64,000 nucleotides of DNA from Patescibacteria group bacterium (GTDB taxonomy: Bacteria > Patescibacteriota > Minisyncoccia > Minisyncoccales > Staskawiczbacteraceae): contig JAHJTG010000005.1 in the NCBI GenBank assembly GCA_018829965.1, forward strand, positions 148,774-212,773, given 5' to 3'. The notes beneath the pieces are model-generated. The model did not search any database. It had not been told where the DNA came from and worked only from the letters and a program-made list of their open reading frames with translations. Positions 34,327 through 43,334 of this stretch are shown here, piece by piece. A program made the translations under genes and the position numbers. Each line of letters starts with the position of its first letter. The stretch's first letter is position 1.

Positions 34327-35493
34327 ATGCCGTCCTTTCGAAAATTAAGAAGCAAGGTAATAGATACTTGTCATTATTTGTGGGAAAAGATAGGCATCCT
34401 GACACAATTTAAGGGCTTTTTTAAAACGCCCTGTTTTTATTACGGATTAGTATCAATTATTGTGCTTGGTTTAGTTTGTTTCGGCATTCAACGTCTTTCC
34501 CACGCTACTGTCTTATCAGGAACAAACTATTTGCCAAGCACTCAAGCCTCATTATTCAACCCCATTTCTAAGAATTCAAACGACTCTAAGGAAGGGGTTT
34601 TGTTTTTTAATCAAAGCCAGTCTTGTCTATTAGAGCCACCAGAATTAAAGATTATACAAAGCGATTGTTTAGCCGCTCTTACCTCGCCAAGGGTTTTATC
34701 TACAAAAGTTTTAGGCGCTATCTTCGGTCAAGGACCGCAAATCAGAAAAGAGATTATTGAATATGCCGTTCAATCTGGAGATACTTTCCAATCAATAGCT
34801 AAGAATTTTGATATTTCTTTAGATACTTTGCTTACATCAAATAGCTTTACAAAATCTTCTAAAATTAAAGCTGGGCAAAAGCTTATTATTTTACCAGTTA
34901 CTGGTTTGGTTCATATTGTAAGAGCAGGCGATACGTTAAGCGAGGTGGCTAAGCTGTATAAGGCGCAAGCAGATGAGATTATAGAAACTAATGAATTAAC
35001 AGACGAGTCAGATGTATATATCGGAGATATTTTAGTTATTCCTAACGGAGTTGCCCCGAAGAAAGCCCCGGTATATTCAGAAACACAATTAGCTAACAGC
35101 TACTTTAAGTTTCCAGTTGAGGGAAGAATTACACAGGGCTTGCATTGGTATAATGCTGTAGATATTGGCAATAAATGCGGCACCCCGATTTTTGCGGCAG
35201 CTGCCGGAACGGTTTTAAAAGCTAAATATGGTTGGAATAGCGGCGGTGGTAATGTTGTCACTATTATGCACAAAAATGGAGTGGTCTCTTATTATGGTCA
35301 TCTTCAAATTATTTCTGTAAAAGTAGGAGATAGCGTTGACCTCGGAGACAGAGTTGGTTTAATGGGAGGAGGGAAAGGAATGGATGGCGCAGGAATTTCA
35401 ACTGGTTGTCATTTGCATTTTGATGTTATCGGCGCTAAAAACCCATTTGGTAAACTTCCTTTAGGATATAAAATGCAATATGTCGGGGAATAG
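34327..35493 (+). CDS. LysM-domain M23 family metallopeptidase
   Basis: TM anchor. Two LysM repeats (YAVQSGDTFQSIAKNFDISLDTL; HIVRAGDTLSEVAKLYKAQADEI). M23 motifs HWYNAVDI and GCHLHFDV. Confidence 0.85.
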   Translation: MPSFRKLRSKVIDTCHYLWEKIGILTQFKGFFKTPCFYYGLVSIIVLGLVCFGIQRLSHATVLSGTNYLPSTQASLFNPISKNSNDSKEGVLFFNQSQSCLLEPPELKIIQSDCLAALTSPRVLSTKVLGAIFGQGPQIRKEIIEYAVQSGDTFQSIAKNFDISLDTLLTSNSFTKSSKIKAGQKLIILPVTGLVHIVRAGDTLSEVAKLYKAQADEIIETNELTDESDVYIGDILVIPNGVAPKKAPVYSETQLANSYFKFPVEGRITQGLHWYNAVDIGNKCGTPIFAAAAGTVLKAKYGWNSGGGNVVTIMHKNGVVSYYGHLQIISVKVGDSVDLGDRVGLMGGGKGMDGAGISTGCHLHFDVIGAKNPFGKLPLGYKMQYVGE

Positions 35494-35494
35494 T

Positions 35495-35752
35495 TTTCAC
35501 CCTACGAATTACCTGCCCGCATCGGCTACGCCAGCCCGCATGACTCGCGTCAGCGTGTCTGGCAGACCGGAAGCGTTGCAGGCGGGCGGAATTCGAATTA
35601 CGAATAAAATTCCTGCCCCTACGAATTACGAATTTAACCAAATTACGAATTTAAAAAACGGAGTGATTTATCTCCGCTTTTTTATTAGTACTCGGTTGCT
35701 ATCCCCTAAACCCTATACCCTAAACCCTGCACCCTATCCCTTAGACCCTAGC
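35495..35752. repeat. Repeat pile-up: a family E hairpin nested in family A arms, a terminator, then CCCTAAA-type heptamers
   Basis: - cctacgaatta|cctgcccgcatcggctacgcc...gaagcgttgcaggcggg|cggaattcgaattacgaata.
- Terminator cggag-tgatttat-ctccg plus a T-run (~35656-35690).
- ccctaaaccctataccctaaaccctgcaccctatcccttagaccctag at 35704-35752. Confidence 0.7.
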
Positions 35753-37328
35753 TCTCTTTTAACCTATACATTAAAGCCTCGGCGACATGTCCATATTGGA
35801 TGCTCTCTGCTTTATCTAAATCAGCAATAGTTCTGGCGACTTTTAACACTCTGTGATATCCTCGGGCAGATAGTTTTCCGGAATCAACGTATTGTTTTAG
35901 AAGATTTTGTCCTCGCGAGTCATGTTGACAGTACTTTTTTATATCAGGTAATCCCATTTCAGAGTTCGTAAAAATCTTATTAGAAGAAAATCTTGATTTT
36001 TGTATCTCACGGGCTGTCTCTATTTTTTCTCTTATTTTCTCGCTTGTATTTTCTGTTTCTTCTGAAACTAATTTTTCATATTTTACAGCCGGCACCTCAA
36101 TAAACAAATCCATTCTATCCATTAATGGCCCTGATAATTTTCTTCTATACATCGCGACTTGGGAAGTTGTGCAATTGCAGATTTTATCCGGGTCATTTAA
36201 ATATCCGCAAGGGCAGGGGTTGGAAGCTCCAATTAACATAAAACGGCTGGGAAAATTAAAAGTATTTTTTGCCCGAGAAACAGTTATTGTCCCTTCTTCA
36301 ATTGGTTGTCGGAGTGATTCTAAAACATCTCTATGGAACTCTGGAAATTCGTCCAGAAACAAAACTCCGCGATGCGCCAATGTTATTTCCCCTGGTCTTG
36401 GAGGATTTCCGCCGCCGAGCAAAGCCACTTCAGACGAAATATGATGCGGGGAACGGAATGGTCTGAAATTAATAAGCGGCTTGTCATCCGGCAGTAATCC
36501 AGCTATGCTGTAAATTTTTGTGACCTCTAACGATTCTTGAAAATTTAATCTCGGCAAGATAGAAGGGATTGCTTTGGCTAATAAAGTTTTTCCTCCGCCC
36601 GGCGGTCCGAAAAGAAAAAGATTATGACCTCCTGCGGCGGTGATTTCCAAAGCTCTTTTCGCATATTCTTGGCCTTTAATCCAAGCCAAGTTCACGGGAT
36701 AATCAGGGTTTTGGAATAATTCTTCTATTTTAAAATCCTCTGGGGCAAAAGATTTCTTTCCTTCTAAATACTTTATTACATCTGTTAATGATTCGCATCC
36801 TATTACTTTTAGGCTATTATCCTGCGCCCCATCTTTTTTAGATAAGGCGGTTGCTAAAACTGCCTCTTTTTCGTTTGCTCTTGGCAAGATTATTTCTTTA
36901 ATTCCTTGTCTTTTAGCCAATAAAGCAAAAGATAAAGCGCCTTTAATCGGCCGTAATCTTCCATCTAAGGATAGCTCGCCAAAAAATATTTTATCTTGCG
37001 ATTCAAATTTAATCTGGTTAGACGCAGAGAGAAATGAAAGAGCTATTGGCAAATCAAAAAGCGCCCCTTCTTTTTTTAAATCAGCAGGAGCTAATCCTAT
37101 CAGAACTTTATATGGTCTTTGATAGGGAGAGAGAAGCTTCGAACTTTTAATGGCGCTGCCAATCCTTTCTTTTGATTCTTCAACCGCCTTGTCTGGAAGC
37201 CCTACTATATTAAAAGAGCGGAGACCGTGTGAAACATCAGCCTCCACTTCTACAATTTTTGCTTCAAGTCCTACTATTGACGCCGAAAAAACCTTTGATG
37301 GCATAGAATAATAAATCCTAAACTCCAA
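35748..37328 (-). CDS. comM: Mg-chelatase-like AAA+ protein YifB/ComM
   Basis: 526 aa. Lon-like N-terminal domain, GPPGGGKTLLAK, GVLFLDEFPEF, and the Zn motif CPCGY...CNC. Confidence 0.85.
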   Translation of the reverse strand: MEFRIYYSMPSKVFSASIVGLEAKIVEVEADVSHGLRSFNIVGLPDKAVEESKERIGSAIKSSKLLSPYQRPYKVLIGLAPADLKKEGALFDLPIALSFLSASNQIKFESQDKIFFGELSLDGRLRPIKGALSFALLAKRQGIKEIILPRANEKEAVLATALSKKDGAQDNSLKVIGCESLTDVIKYLEGKKSFAPEDFKIEELFQNPDYPVNLAWIKGQEYAKRALEITAAGGHNLFLFGPPGGGKTLLAKAIPSILPRLNFQESLEVTKIYSIAGLLPDDKPLINFRPFRSPHHISSEVALLGGGNPPRPGEITLAHRGVLFLDEFPEFHRDVLESLRQPIEEGTITVSRAKNTFNFPSRFMLIGASNPCPCGYLNDPDKICNCTTSQVAMYRRKLSGPLMDRMDLFIEVPAVKYEKLVSEETENTSEKIREKIETAREIQKSRFSSNKIFTNSEMGLPDIKKYCQHDSRGQNLLKQYVDSGKLSARGYHRVLKVARTIADLDKAESIQYGHVAEALMYRLKES

Positions 37329-37480
37329 ACTCTAAATTCTAATCACTAAATTCTAAATAAATCCAAAAACTAAAATCAAAAATTCAAAACTTTATAATTT
37401 AAATATTTGGATTTTGAAATTGTTTAGGCCTATTTAGCTCGTCGAGCCAACGGTTCGAATAGAGATTTAGGATTTAGGAT
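37329..37480. repeat. Family B hairpin element, empty form
   Basis: aatcctaaactccaaactctaaattctaatcactaaattctaaataaatccaaaaactaaaatcaaaaattcaaaac ... agagatttaggatttaggatttt. It spans the comM start and the dksA-like stop. Confidence 0.65.
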
Positions 37481-37839
37481 TTTATAATGTTGCATTTTGT
37501 ACAAAATTTTGCTTCTGGGCAGGCTTTCAATCTCGCAATGTCTATAGATTTTCCGCATTTTTCGCATTTGCCATATTTACCCTTCTTTATTTTTTCCAAA
37601 GCCAGATTAACATCGCGTAATCGTGTTTCCAGATTGTATTCCACGGATAAAAGTTTTTCATATTCTTGTACTTCGTCTGCTTCTGATTCTAAATTTCCTC
37701 CATCAAATTTAGGATAACGAGTGCCCCAGTCCCCCCTTGATTTAGAGTCTTCATTGGCGAAATTCTTTAACTCTTTTTCAAGAGAGCTTTTCTCTTTTTC
37801 TAATTTTTGTTTTAATTCTTCAGTTGATTTTTTAATCAT
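37474..37839 (-). CDS. DksA/TraR-family C4 zinc-finger protein
   Basis: Coiled-coil N-terminus and CEKCGKSIDIARLKACPEAKFCTKC. Confidence 0.75.
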   Translation of the reverse strand: MIKKSTEELKQKLEKEKSSLEKELKNFANEDSKSRGDWGTRYPKFDGGNLESEADEVQEYEKLLSVEYNLETRLRDVNLALEKIKKGKYGKCEKCGKSIDIARLKACPEAKFCTKCNIIKS

Positions 37840-37847
37840 AATAAATC

Positions 37848-37960
37848 CTACGAATTACGAATTATTTCGAATTACGAATATGTGGAAAGCGTTATGCGAA
37901 TTTTTATTTTCCGCTCCGAATTTTTTATTCGTAATTCGGTAGCATTCGTAATTCGTAAGG
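37848..37960 (-). mobile_element. Family A hairpin element, ~115-bp empty (deletion-derivative) form
   Basis: cctacgaattacgaattatttcgaattacgaatatg...ttattcgtaattcggtagcattcgtaattcgtaagg. The minus strand retains ATG CTA CCG AAT TAC GAA TAA (MLPNYE*), the stub of the GxxExxY ORF start (MSPNYEY...). Confidence 0.75.
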
Positions 37961-38980
37961 TTATTTATCTTCTTTTGCCCGTTCTTCAATGTTTTTTAAA
38001 AACTCTTCTCTTTCTTTTTTTTCTTTGTCTGCGCTTTGCTGTAATTTTTCAACTAGTTTTTCTTTAGCAGTCTCTGGTATATTTCCTAAAAATCCCCTAT
38101 CGTCAGGTTTTTCTTTTTGAACCCATTCTTGCCTTTGTATTTTTTCTTTCAAAAGGGATTCCTCTTTTGCCCTTCCTGCGGTTTCTAAATTTTTCTGCGT
38201 CTCTTTCTCGCTTTTTTTATTTTCTTCCCTTTGCATAATCTTGGTATATATCGCGCGCAATGAATTATTATTTTCCTCTATTTTATCTTTTAATGCCCTC
38301 TGGTTTATTAGAACTCCTTGCTCTTGGTCACCTATGTCTTTTGTCTTGTTTAATATTGCTTCCATTTCTTTTTCTATCACCCATTTTCTTTTTTCTAATT
38401 CCGTCCTTTGTTCTTCCAAAGATTGCCTTTTCTTTTCTAGTTTCTGCCTATCGCTGGGCGCGGTTGCTGTTCCTTCATTTTCGCTAACAACTTTTTCTTC
38501 GTTTTCAATCGCTTTTTCTTGTTCTAAAATATGGTTGAGTCTATTCTCAACTTCGTTTCTTTTTAATAAAAACTCATTTTTTTTCAACAGCAAAGAAGAC
38601 CCCCGTTCTTTTTGTAGGGTTTTAAGTTGTTCTTCTAGGGTTATTTTCTCTGATTCCAAATAAAAAATCTGTTGTTTTTCTTGCTCTTGGGCATAACCTT
38701 TCAATTGCTTCATCGTGTCCTCTTCATTCGCAAATTGTTTTTTTAATACCGCGCTTCTTAGCTCGGTTTCTTTTGCCAATTTTTCTTTTTCTATAATTTC
38801 CTGTTTTTCTTTTTCTAATTTTTCCTCTTCTGGCATTTTCATTTTTACTATCCTGTCTCTTTCTTTTAACGCTTCCCCTTCTCTTAATTTCCGAAGGTCT
38901 TTCTTCATTGTTCTAATCTCGGTTCTACTCAAAAACTCCCTTAATTGTGCATCTTCATTGTTTTGTGGCGTATTTACCAT
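37961..38980 (-). CDS. Glu/Lys-rich coiled-coil protein; hypothetical
   Basis: 339 aa, almost entirely heptad-like charged sequence. Flanked on both sides by family A elements. Confidence 0.4.
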   Translation of the reverse strand: MVNTPQNNEDAQLREFLSRTEIRTMKKDLRKLREGEALKERDRIVKMKMPEEEKLEKEKQEIIEKEKLAKETELRSAVLKKQFANEEDTMKQLKGYAQEQEKQQIFYLESEKITLEEQLKTLQKERGSSLLLKKNEFLLKRNEVENRLNHILEQEKAIENEEKVVSENEGTATAPSDRQKLEKKRQSLEEQRTELEKRKWVIEKEMEAILNKTKDIGDQEQGVLINQRALKDKIEENNNSLRAIYTKIMQREENKKSEKETQKNLETAGRAKEESLLKEKIQRQEWVQKEKPDDRGFLGNIPETAKEKLVEKLQQSADKEKKEREEFLKNIEERAKEDK

Positions 38981-38984
38981 AAAT

Positions 38985-39099
38985 CTTACTAATTACGAAT
39001 TTTTTTCGAATTACGAATATGCAGGAAGTGTTATACGAGCTTGCCTTTTCCGCTACGAATTTTTTATTCGTAATTCGGTAGTATTCGTAATTCGTAGGG
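38985..39099 (-). mobile_element. Family A hairpin element, empty form
   Basis: cttactaattacgaatttttttcgaattacgaatatg...ttattcgtaattcggtagtattcgtaattcgtaggg. The stub start codon has decayed to ATA. Confidence 0.75.
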
Positions 39100-41253
39100 C
39101 TATTGTTTTTTATTCTTAGGTTGGAATCCAGCTTCTATAGCAGAAAGATTAATCCTGCCTAACTCATCTATTGAGGTAACCTTGACCGGGATAATATCCC
39201 CGATATTTACCACGTCAGTCGCGCTTTTTATATGATAGGGGACAAGTTTGGAAATATGAACTAAACCGTCTGTTCCCGGCAGAACCTCCACAAAAGCTCC
39301 AAAATCCAGAATTCTTTTTACTTCTCCTTGGAAAACTTCTCCGACCTGCACTTCTCTAGTCATGCCTTTTATTTGTTGCACTGTTGCTTCTACTGCATCA
39401 TCATCTTTTCCTGTGATATAAACTAATCCGCTATCTTCTATATCAATGCCAACATTATATTGTTCAATCATTTTATTGATTACGCTTCCTCTCGGTCCGA
39501 TTACCTCGCCGATCTTCGCAGGATCAATATGAATAACTTTTATTTTTGGCGCCCAAACAGAAAGATTTTTTCTTGGCTCGGGTATTGCTTTTTTTATTAT
39601 ATCAAGAATTTCTAATCTTGCCTTCTTAGCTAATGCTAAAGCGTCTTTCATCAGCTCTTTATCAATGCCAGCTGTCTTGGTATCCATTTGGATTGCAGTT
39701 ATACCATTCTTTGTGCCGGCTACTTTAAAATCCATACCGCCTAAATGATCTTCTGGTCCCTGTATATCAAGTAAAAGTTCTTGTTTGCCTGTTTTTTCAT
39801 CTTCTGCTAAGCCAATTGAAATACCAGCCACTGGTTCTTTGATAGGAACGCCGGCGTCTAATAAAGCTAAAGTTGACGCGCAGACTGAAGCCATTGAAGT
39901 AGAGCCGTTGCTAGACACGACTTCTGAAACAATTCTTATTGTATAGGGAAACTGTTCAGAGTCTGGTATCAAAGGCAGTAAAGCTTTTTCAGCCAAGCAT
40001 CCGTGGCCGATTTCTCTTCTTTTAGGTCCCCTTGAGAAGCCAACCTCGCCAGAGGAATAGGCTGGAAAATTATAATGATGCATAAATCTTTTCTTTCCGA
40101 TAAACTCCATCCCCTCTAAAAGTTGTTGGTCTTTAGGTCCGCCCAAAGTCAAAATAGATAAAACCCTTGTAAGCCCTCGAGAAAAAACTCCAGTTCCATG
40201 AGTTCTTGGCAAAACTCCAACTTCACAGGATAACTTTCGTAATTCGTCTGTTTTCCTTCCATCAGGCCGTTTATTATTTTCAATGATATTTTTGTAGACA
40301 GCTTTTGCTATCTCTTCTTCAAAGTATTCTAAGGCGAGCTTTATTTTTTCTGGGTCTGGATATTTTTCTTTAACTATATTGATCAATTCTTCTTGCAGAT
40401 TATTGATAGTAGAGAGTTCTTTTTCCTCTGGCTTAAGGTCTTTTATTGCTTTTTCTAATTTATTTTTTGCGAATTCTTTTACCTCTTTTTCTAATTGCTC
40501 ATCAATGATAGCGGGTATTATAGCTTTTGTTTTTCCAATTTCAGCACCAATTTTTCTTTGAAAATCTATAAGTTTTTTTAATTCCGGTTCAGCTACTTTT
40601 GTTGCTTCCATAACATCGTCTTCTGGCACTTCCTTTCCGCCCATTTCTACCATATTAATTAAGATTTTTTTATTTGATTCCACGGCAGCCAAAATTAAGT
40701 CAATGTCGCTTTTGGCCCTTTCTTCATAAGTTGGGTTAAAAATCCATTTATTATCAACCCTTCCAATTCTTACTAACCCAATTGGTCCCGAAAATGGGAT
40801 ATCGGAAATAGATAAAGCAGTTGATGCCGCGATTAAACCCAAAACATCAGGGTCATTTTCCCCGTCCCAGGAAAGGCAAGTTATAACTACTTGAGTTTCT
40901 CTTTTTAATTCTTTAGGAAAGCGGGGGCGTATTGTTCTGTCAATCATCCTTCCCGTTAAGATTGCTTCATCTGTTGGCCTGCTTTCTCTTCTGATAAAAC
41001 GAGAGCCAAAAATTCTGCCAGCAGCATAAAACCTTTCCTCGTAATCAACTGTTAGAGGAAAAAAATCTTGTCCTTCTTTATCTTGTTTTGCCATTACTGC
41101 CGTGGCTAAAACCTCAGTGTCTCCAATTTGGACCAAGCATGACCCAGATGCTTGTTCTGCCCAATTCTTTATCTTTATCTGTATCGGGCGTCCGCCTACT
41201 TCTGTTTGGAAATTACGTTCTTTTTCCATCTTTATTTTTATTGTTGCTGGCAC
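39100..41253 (-). CDS. pnp: Polyribonucleotide nucleotidyltransferase (PNPase)
   Basis: 717 aa. Two RNase PH domains, GGMDFKVAGT, KH (GPRGSVINKMIEQ) and S1 (GEVFQGEVKRILDFGAFVE). Confidence 0.95.
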   Translation of the reverse strand: MPATIKIKMEKERNFQTEVGGRPIQIKIKNWAEQASGSCLVQIGDTEVLATAVMAKQDKEGQDFFPLTVDYEERFYAAGRIFGSRFIRRESRPTDEAILTGRMIDRTIRPRFPKELKRETQVVITCLSWDGENDPDVLGLIAASTALSISDIPFSGPIGLVRIGRVDNKWIFNPTYEERAKSDIDLILAAVESNKKILINMVEMGGKEVPEDDVMEATKVAEPELKKLIDFQRKIGAEIGKTKAIIPAIIDEQLEKEVKEFAKNKLEKAIKDLKPEEKELSTINNLQEELINIVKEKYPDPEKIKLALEYFEEEIAKAVYKNIIENNKRPDGRKTDELRKLSCEVGVLPRTHGTGVFSRGLTRVLSILTLGGPKDQQLLEGMEFIGKKRFMHHYNFPAYSSGEVGFSRGPKRREIGHGCLAEKALLPLIPDSEQFPYTIRIVSEVVSSNGSTSMASVCASTLALLDAGVPIKEPVAGISIGLAEDEKTGKQELLLDIQGPEDHLGGMDFKVAGTKNGITAIQMDTKTAGIDKELMKDALALAKKARLEILDIIKKAIPEPRKNLSVWAPKIKVIHIDPAKIGEVIGPRGSVINKMIEQYNVGIDIEDSGLVYITGKDDDAVEATVQQIKGMTREVQVGEVFQGEVKRILDFGAFVEVLPGTDGLVHISKLVPYHIKSATDVVNIGDIIPVKVTSIDELGRINLSAIEAGFQPKNKKQ

Positions 41254-41350
41254 GAGGTACTTTTCTTAGAATTTCACCCGGATATTTCGAAACTAATTTC
41301 GATGCATTCGGGTGTTATCCTTTAACCAAGTCGACCAGCGCTATTAATAT

Positions 41351-41848
41351 TTATTTAAACAAAAACTTATTGGTTTCTTTATCTATATCAATAAATTCAT
41401 CTGCTATTTCTTTTAAGTGCAAGGACGTGGTTTTTCCGAATGCCATTACTTCAACTCTTTTACCTTGGTTTTTTAAATATTCAACTAAAGGAATAAAGTC
41501 TCCGTCGCCTGAGGCCAAGATAACAACATCAACCCCTGGAGAAGTGCGAATAGCGTCAACTACAATGCCGACATCCCAGTCAGCTTTCTTCTGTCCATCA
41601 TAAAATTCCTGAAGGTCTTTTACTCGTGTTTCAATCCCTAACTTTATTAATGCTTCAAAAAACGGCTCTTCAGTGCCGGTTTTTGTGCGGACGACATAAG
41701 CAAAGGCGCGGATAAATTTTCTTCCAGCGATTGCCTCTTTTAGAATTTCTTTAAAATTAACTTTCGCGTGATAGAGATTTTTTGCAGAGTGATAAAGATT
41801 TTGAACATCTATCAATACTTCTACTCTTTGTTCTTTTGGTTTTGCCAT
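41351..41848 (-). CDS. NYN/LabA-like domain protein inserted between rpsO and pnp
   Basis: VEVLIDVQNLYHSAKNLY...VILASGDGDFIPLVEYLK, the typical NYN layout. Confidence 0.65.
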   Translation of the reverse strand: MAKPKEQRVEVLIDVQNLYHSAKNLYHAKVNFKEILKEAIAGRKFIRAFAYVVRTKTGTEEPFFEALIKLGIETRVKDLQEFYDGQKKADWDVGIVVDAIRTSPGVDVVILASGDGDFIPLVEYLKNQGKRVEVMAFGKTTSLHLKEIADEFIDIDKETNKFLFK

Positions 41849-41869
41849 AATGCTTTTACTTCGTAAAAG

Positions 41870-41968
41870 AAACTCTAAATTCTAATATCTAAACTCTAAA
41901 TGTGTTTTGGATTTTGTGATTTAGAATTTGTGATTTGTTTAGAATTTAGAATTTGGGATTTAGGATTT
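41870..41968. repeat. Family B hairpin element
   Basis: aaactctaaattctaatatctaaactctaaatg...tgatttagaatttgtgatttgtttagaatttagaatttgggatttaggattt. Confidence 0.65.
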
Positions 41969-41969
41969 A

Positions 41970-42233
41970 TTACTTTACTCCTAATTTTTTACAAATTTCA
42001 CTGTATCTTTTTGCAGACTCTTTTTTAAGATAAGCTAAAAGCTTTTTTCTTTTAACCACCATTTTTATTAAACCCCTCTTTGAATGAAAATCTTTAGGAT
42101 GTTTTTTGAGATGTAAAACTAACCTGTTAATTTCTTCGCTTAACAAGCCAATCTGGACCTCTGGAGAACCAGTGTCAGTTTCGTGAATATTGTGCTTCTT
42201 AATAATCTTTGTTTTTTCTTCCGTCTTTAGCAT
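41970..42233 (-). CDS. rpsO: 30S ribosomal protein S15
   Basis: 87 aa. [39 protein letters not shown]. Confidence 0.95.
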   Translation of the reverse strand: MLKTEEKTKIIKKHNIHETDTGSPEVQIGLLSEEINRLVLHLKKHPKDFHSKRGLIKMVVKRKKLLAYLKKESAKRYSEICKKLGVK

Positions 42234-42238
42234 ATTTC

Positions 42239-42352
42239 CTACTAATTACGAATTATTTCGAATTACGAATATATGGAAAGCGTTGTGTGAGTTTTTATTT
42301 TCCACTCCGAATTTTTTATTTGTAATTCGGTAGCATTCGTAATTCGTTAAGA
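42239..42352 (-). mobile_element. Family A hairpin element, empty form
   Basis: cctactaattacgaattatttcgaattacgaatatatg...tatttgtaattcggtagcattcgtaattcgttaag. The stub reads MLPNYK*. Confidence 0.75.
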
Positions 42353-42407
42353 TTGTCTTTTATTGATTTTAAATATATATTGTAAAACGATTTATGTCAA
42401 ACGAATG

Positions 42408-42480
42408 TGCCCCCAGCAGGGCTCGAACCTGCGACTCACAGCTTAAGAGGCTGTTACTCTACCGACTGAGTTATGGGGGC
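42408..42480 (-). tRNA. tRNA-Lys (anticodon CTT)
   Basis: GCCCCCATAACTCAGTCGGTAGAGTAACAGCCTCTTAAGCTGTGAGTCGCAGGTTCGAGCCCTGCTGGGGGCA folds as a clean cloverleaf. Anticodon loop CTCTTAA. CCA is not encoded. Confidence 0.9.
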
Positions 42481-42499
42481 TTAGTTAAACTTTAGTATT

Positions 42500-43228
42500 T
42501 TATGAGACGTTTATTGCCCTGGAGACTTTTTCAAGTGATTTCCATTCTTGTTGTGTTAGTTCTGTTTTTGCGGAAATATCTTGTAAAACTACTTTAATCC
42601 AACCGAAAATTCTGTGACGCATATCAGTTCCTCGGGGTACAGTAATTTTTATTGTTCCATAATAAAGATTATTTTTCTTGTAATTTTTACTTAATGGTTT
42701 AACAAAACTTTTACCGAAATTTTCTAAAGGTATGCCAGTTAATTGAGACCAAAAGCTTTTAATCTTTAAATCGTTTTGTTGAGGATAAATATTAAGCCAG
42801 GCCTTCAAGTCTTTTGGCGCTACCCCAAGTATTTTTTTAAACCACTTTACTATAAATGAGATAAGATAAGGATCAGAATTTGTAATTTCTAAACCGTTCT
42901 TTTTATTGCCTTCTGCCCAATATAATGCAGCACCGAATAGGCGATAGCTTTCCAATGAAATAGAGTTACTAACTTCTTTTTTAGCATTTTTGATAATTTC
43001 AGCGATTTCACGTATTCTTCTTTCTTTTTGGCTCTGAGGACCTTTTGATAAAATTGAAATTTGTTTTGTATATAATCGTTTTCTATGTTTCGGTGAGAGA
43101 GGTATATTTTTCAACCACAGACTGAGTGTACTTTTTGCAACCTTTACTGATTTTTTTATTTCATTATAGCTTCGCCCTTGTTTTCTAAGTTTTATAGCTT
43201 TTATTTTAAGAAGATTATAGTTCTTCAT
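42500..43228 (-). CDS. HTH + LAGLIDADG-like (single-motif) homing-endonuclease-like protein, tRNA-adjacent
   Basis: N-terminal resolvase-type HTH (RKQGRSYNEIKKSVKVAKSTLSLWLKN). LFGAALYWAEGNKKNGLEITNSDPYLISFIVKWFKKILGV resembles a LAGLIDADG core. The stop lies 19 nt upstream of tRNA-Lys. A paralog sits at 63630-64000. Confidence 0.45.
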   Translation of the reverse strand: MKNYNLLKIKAIKLRKQGRSYNEIKKSVKVAKSTLSLWLKNIPLSPKHRKRLYTKQISILSKGPQSQKERRIREIAEIIKNAKKEVSNSISLESYRLFGAALYWAEGNKKNGLEITNSDPYLISFIVKWFKKILGVAPKDLKAWLNIYPQQNDLKIKSFWSQLTGIPLENFGKSFVKPLSKNYKKNNLYYGTIKITVPRGTDMRHRIFGWIKVVLQDISAKTELTQQEWKSLEKVSRAINVS

Positions 43229-43334
43229 ACTTCCAATTATACCACACAGAGAAGCCGAACTGCAATCCGTTGATTAATTTTTAGTGAGTTTGTTTTTCTC
43301 ATTAACTATTAAGTTACGGGCACGCTAAATGAGA

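Noticed and set aside
35704-35752. CCCTAAA/TTTAGGG heptamer run considered as a telomere or a linear-replicon end.
   Set aside because: Only about seven degenerate units are present. They are embedded between two ordinary convergent genes and continuous with the family B heptamer-arm repeats seen elsewhere. There is no contig-end context.
35435-35830. ORFs 35435..35641 (-) and 35480..35830 (+) in the track.
   Set aside because: Both are read through the repeat pile-up, a terminator and the 3' end of comM. The Arg/Pro/Ala-rich translations simply reflect GC-rich palindromes.
41088-41603. The 171-aa plus-strand ORF spanning the pnp start and the NYN gene.
   Set aside because: It is antisense to two well-supported genes and their spacer, and has no motifs.
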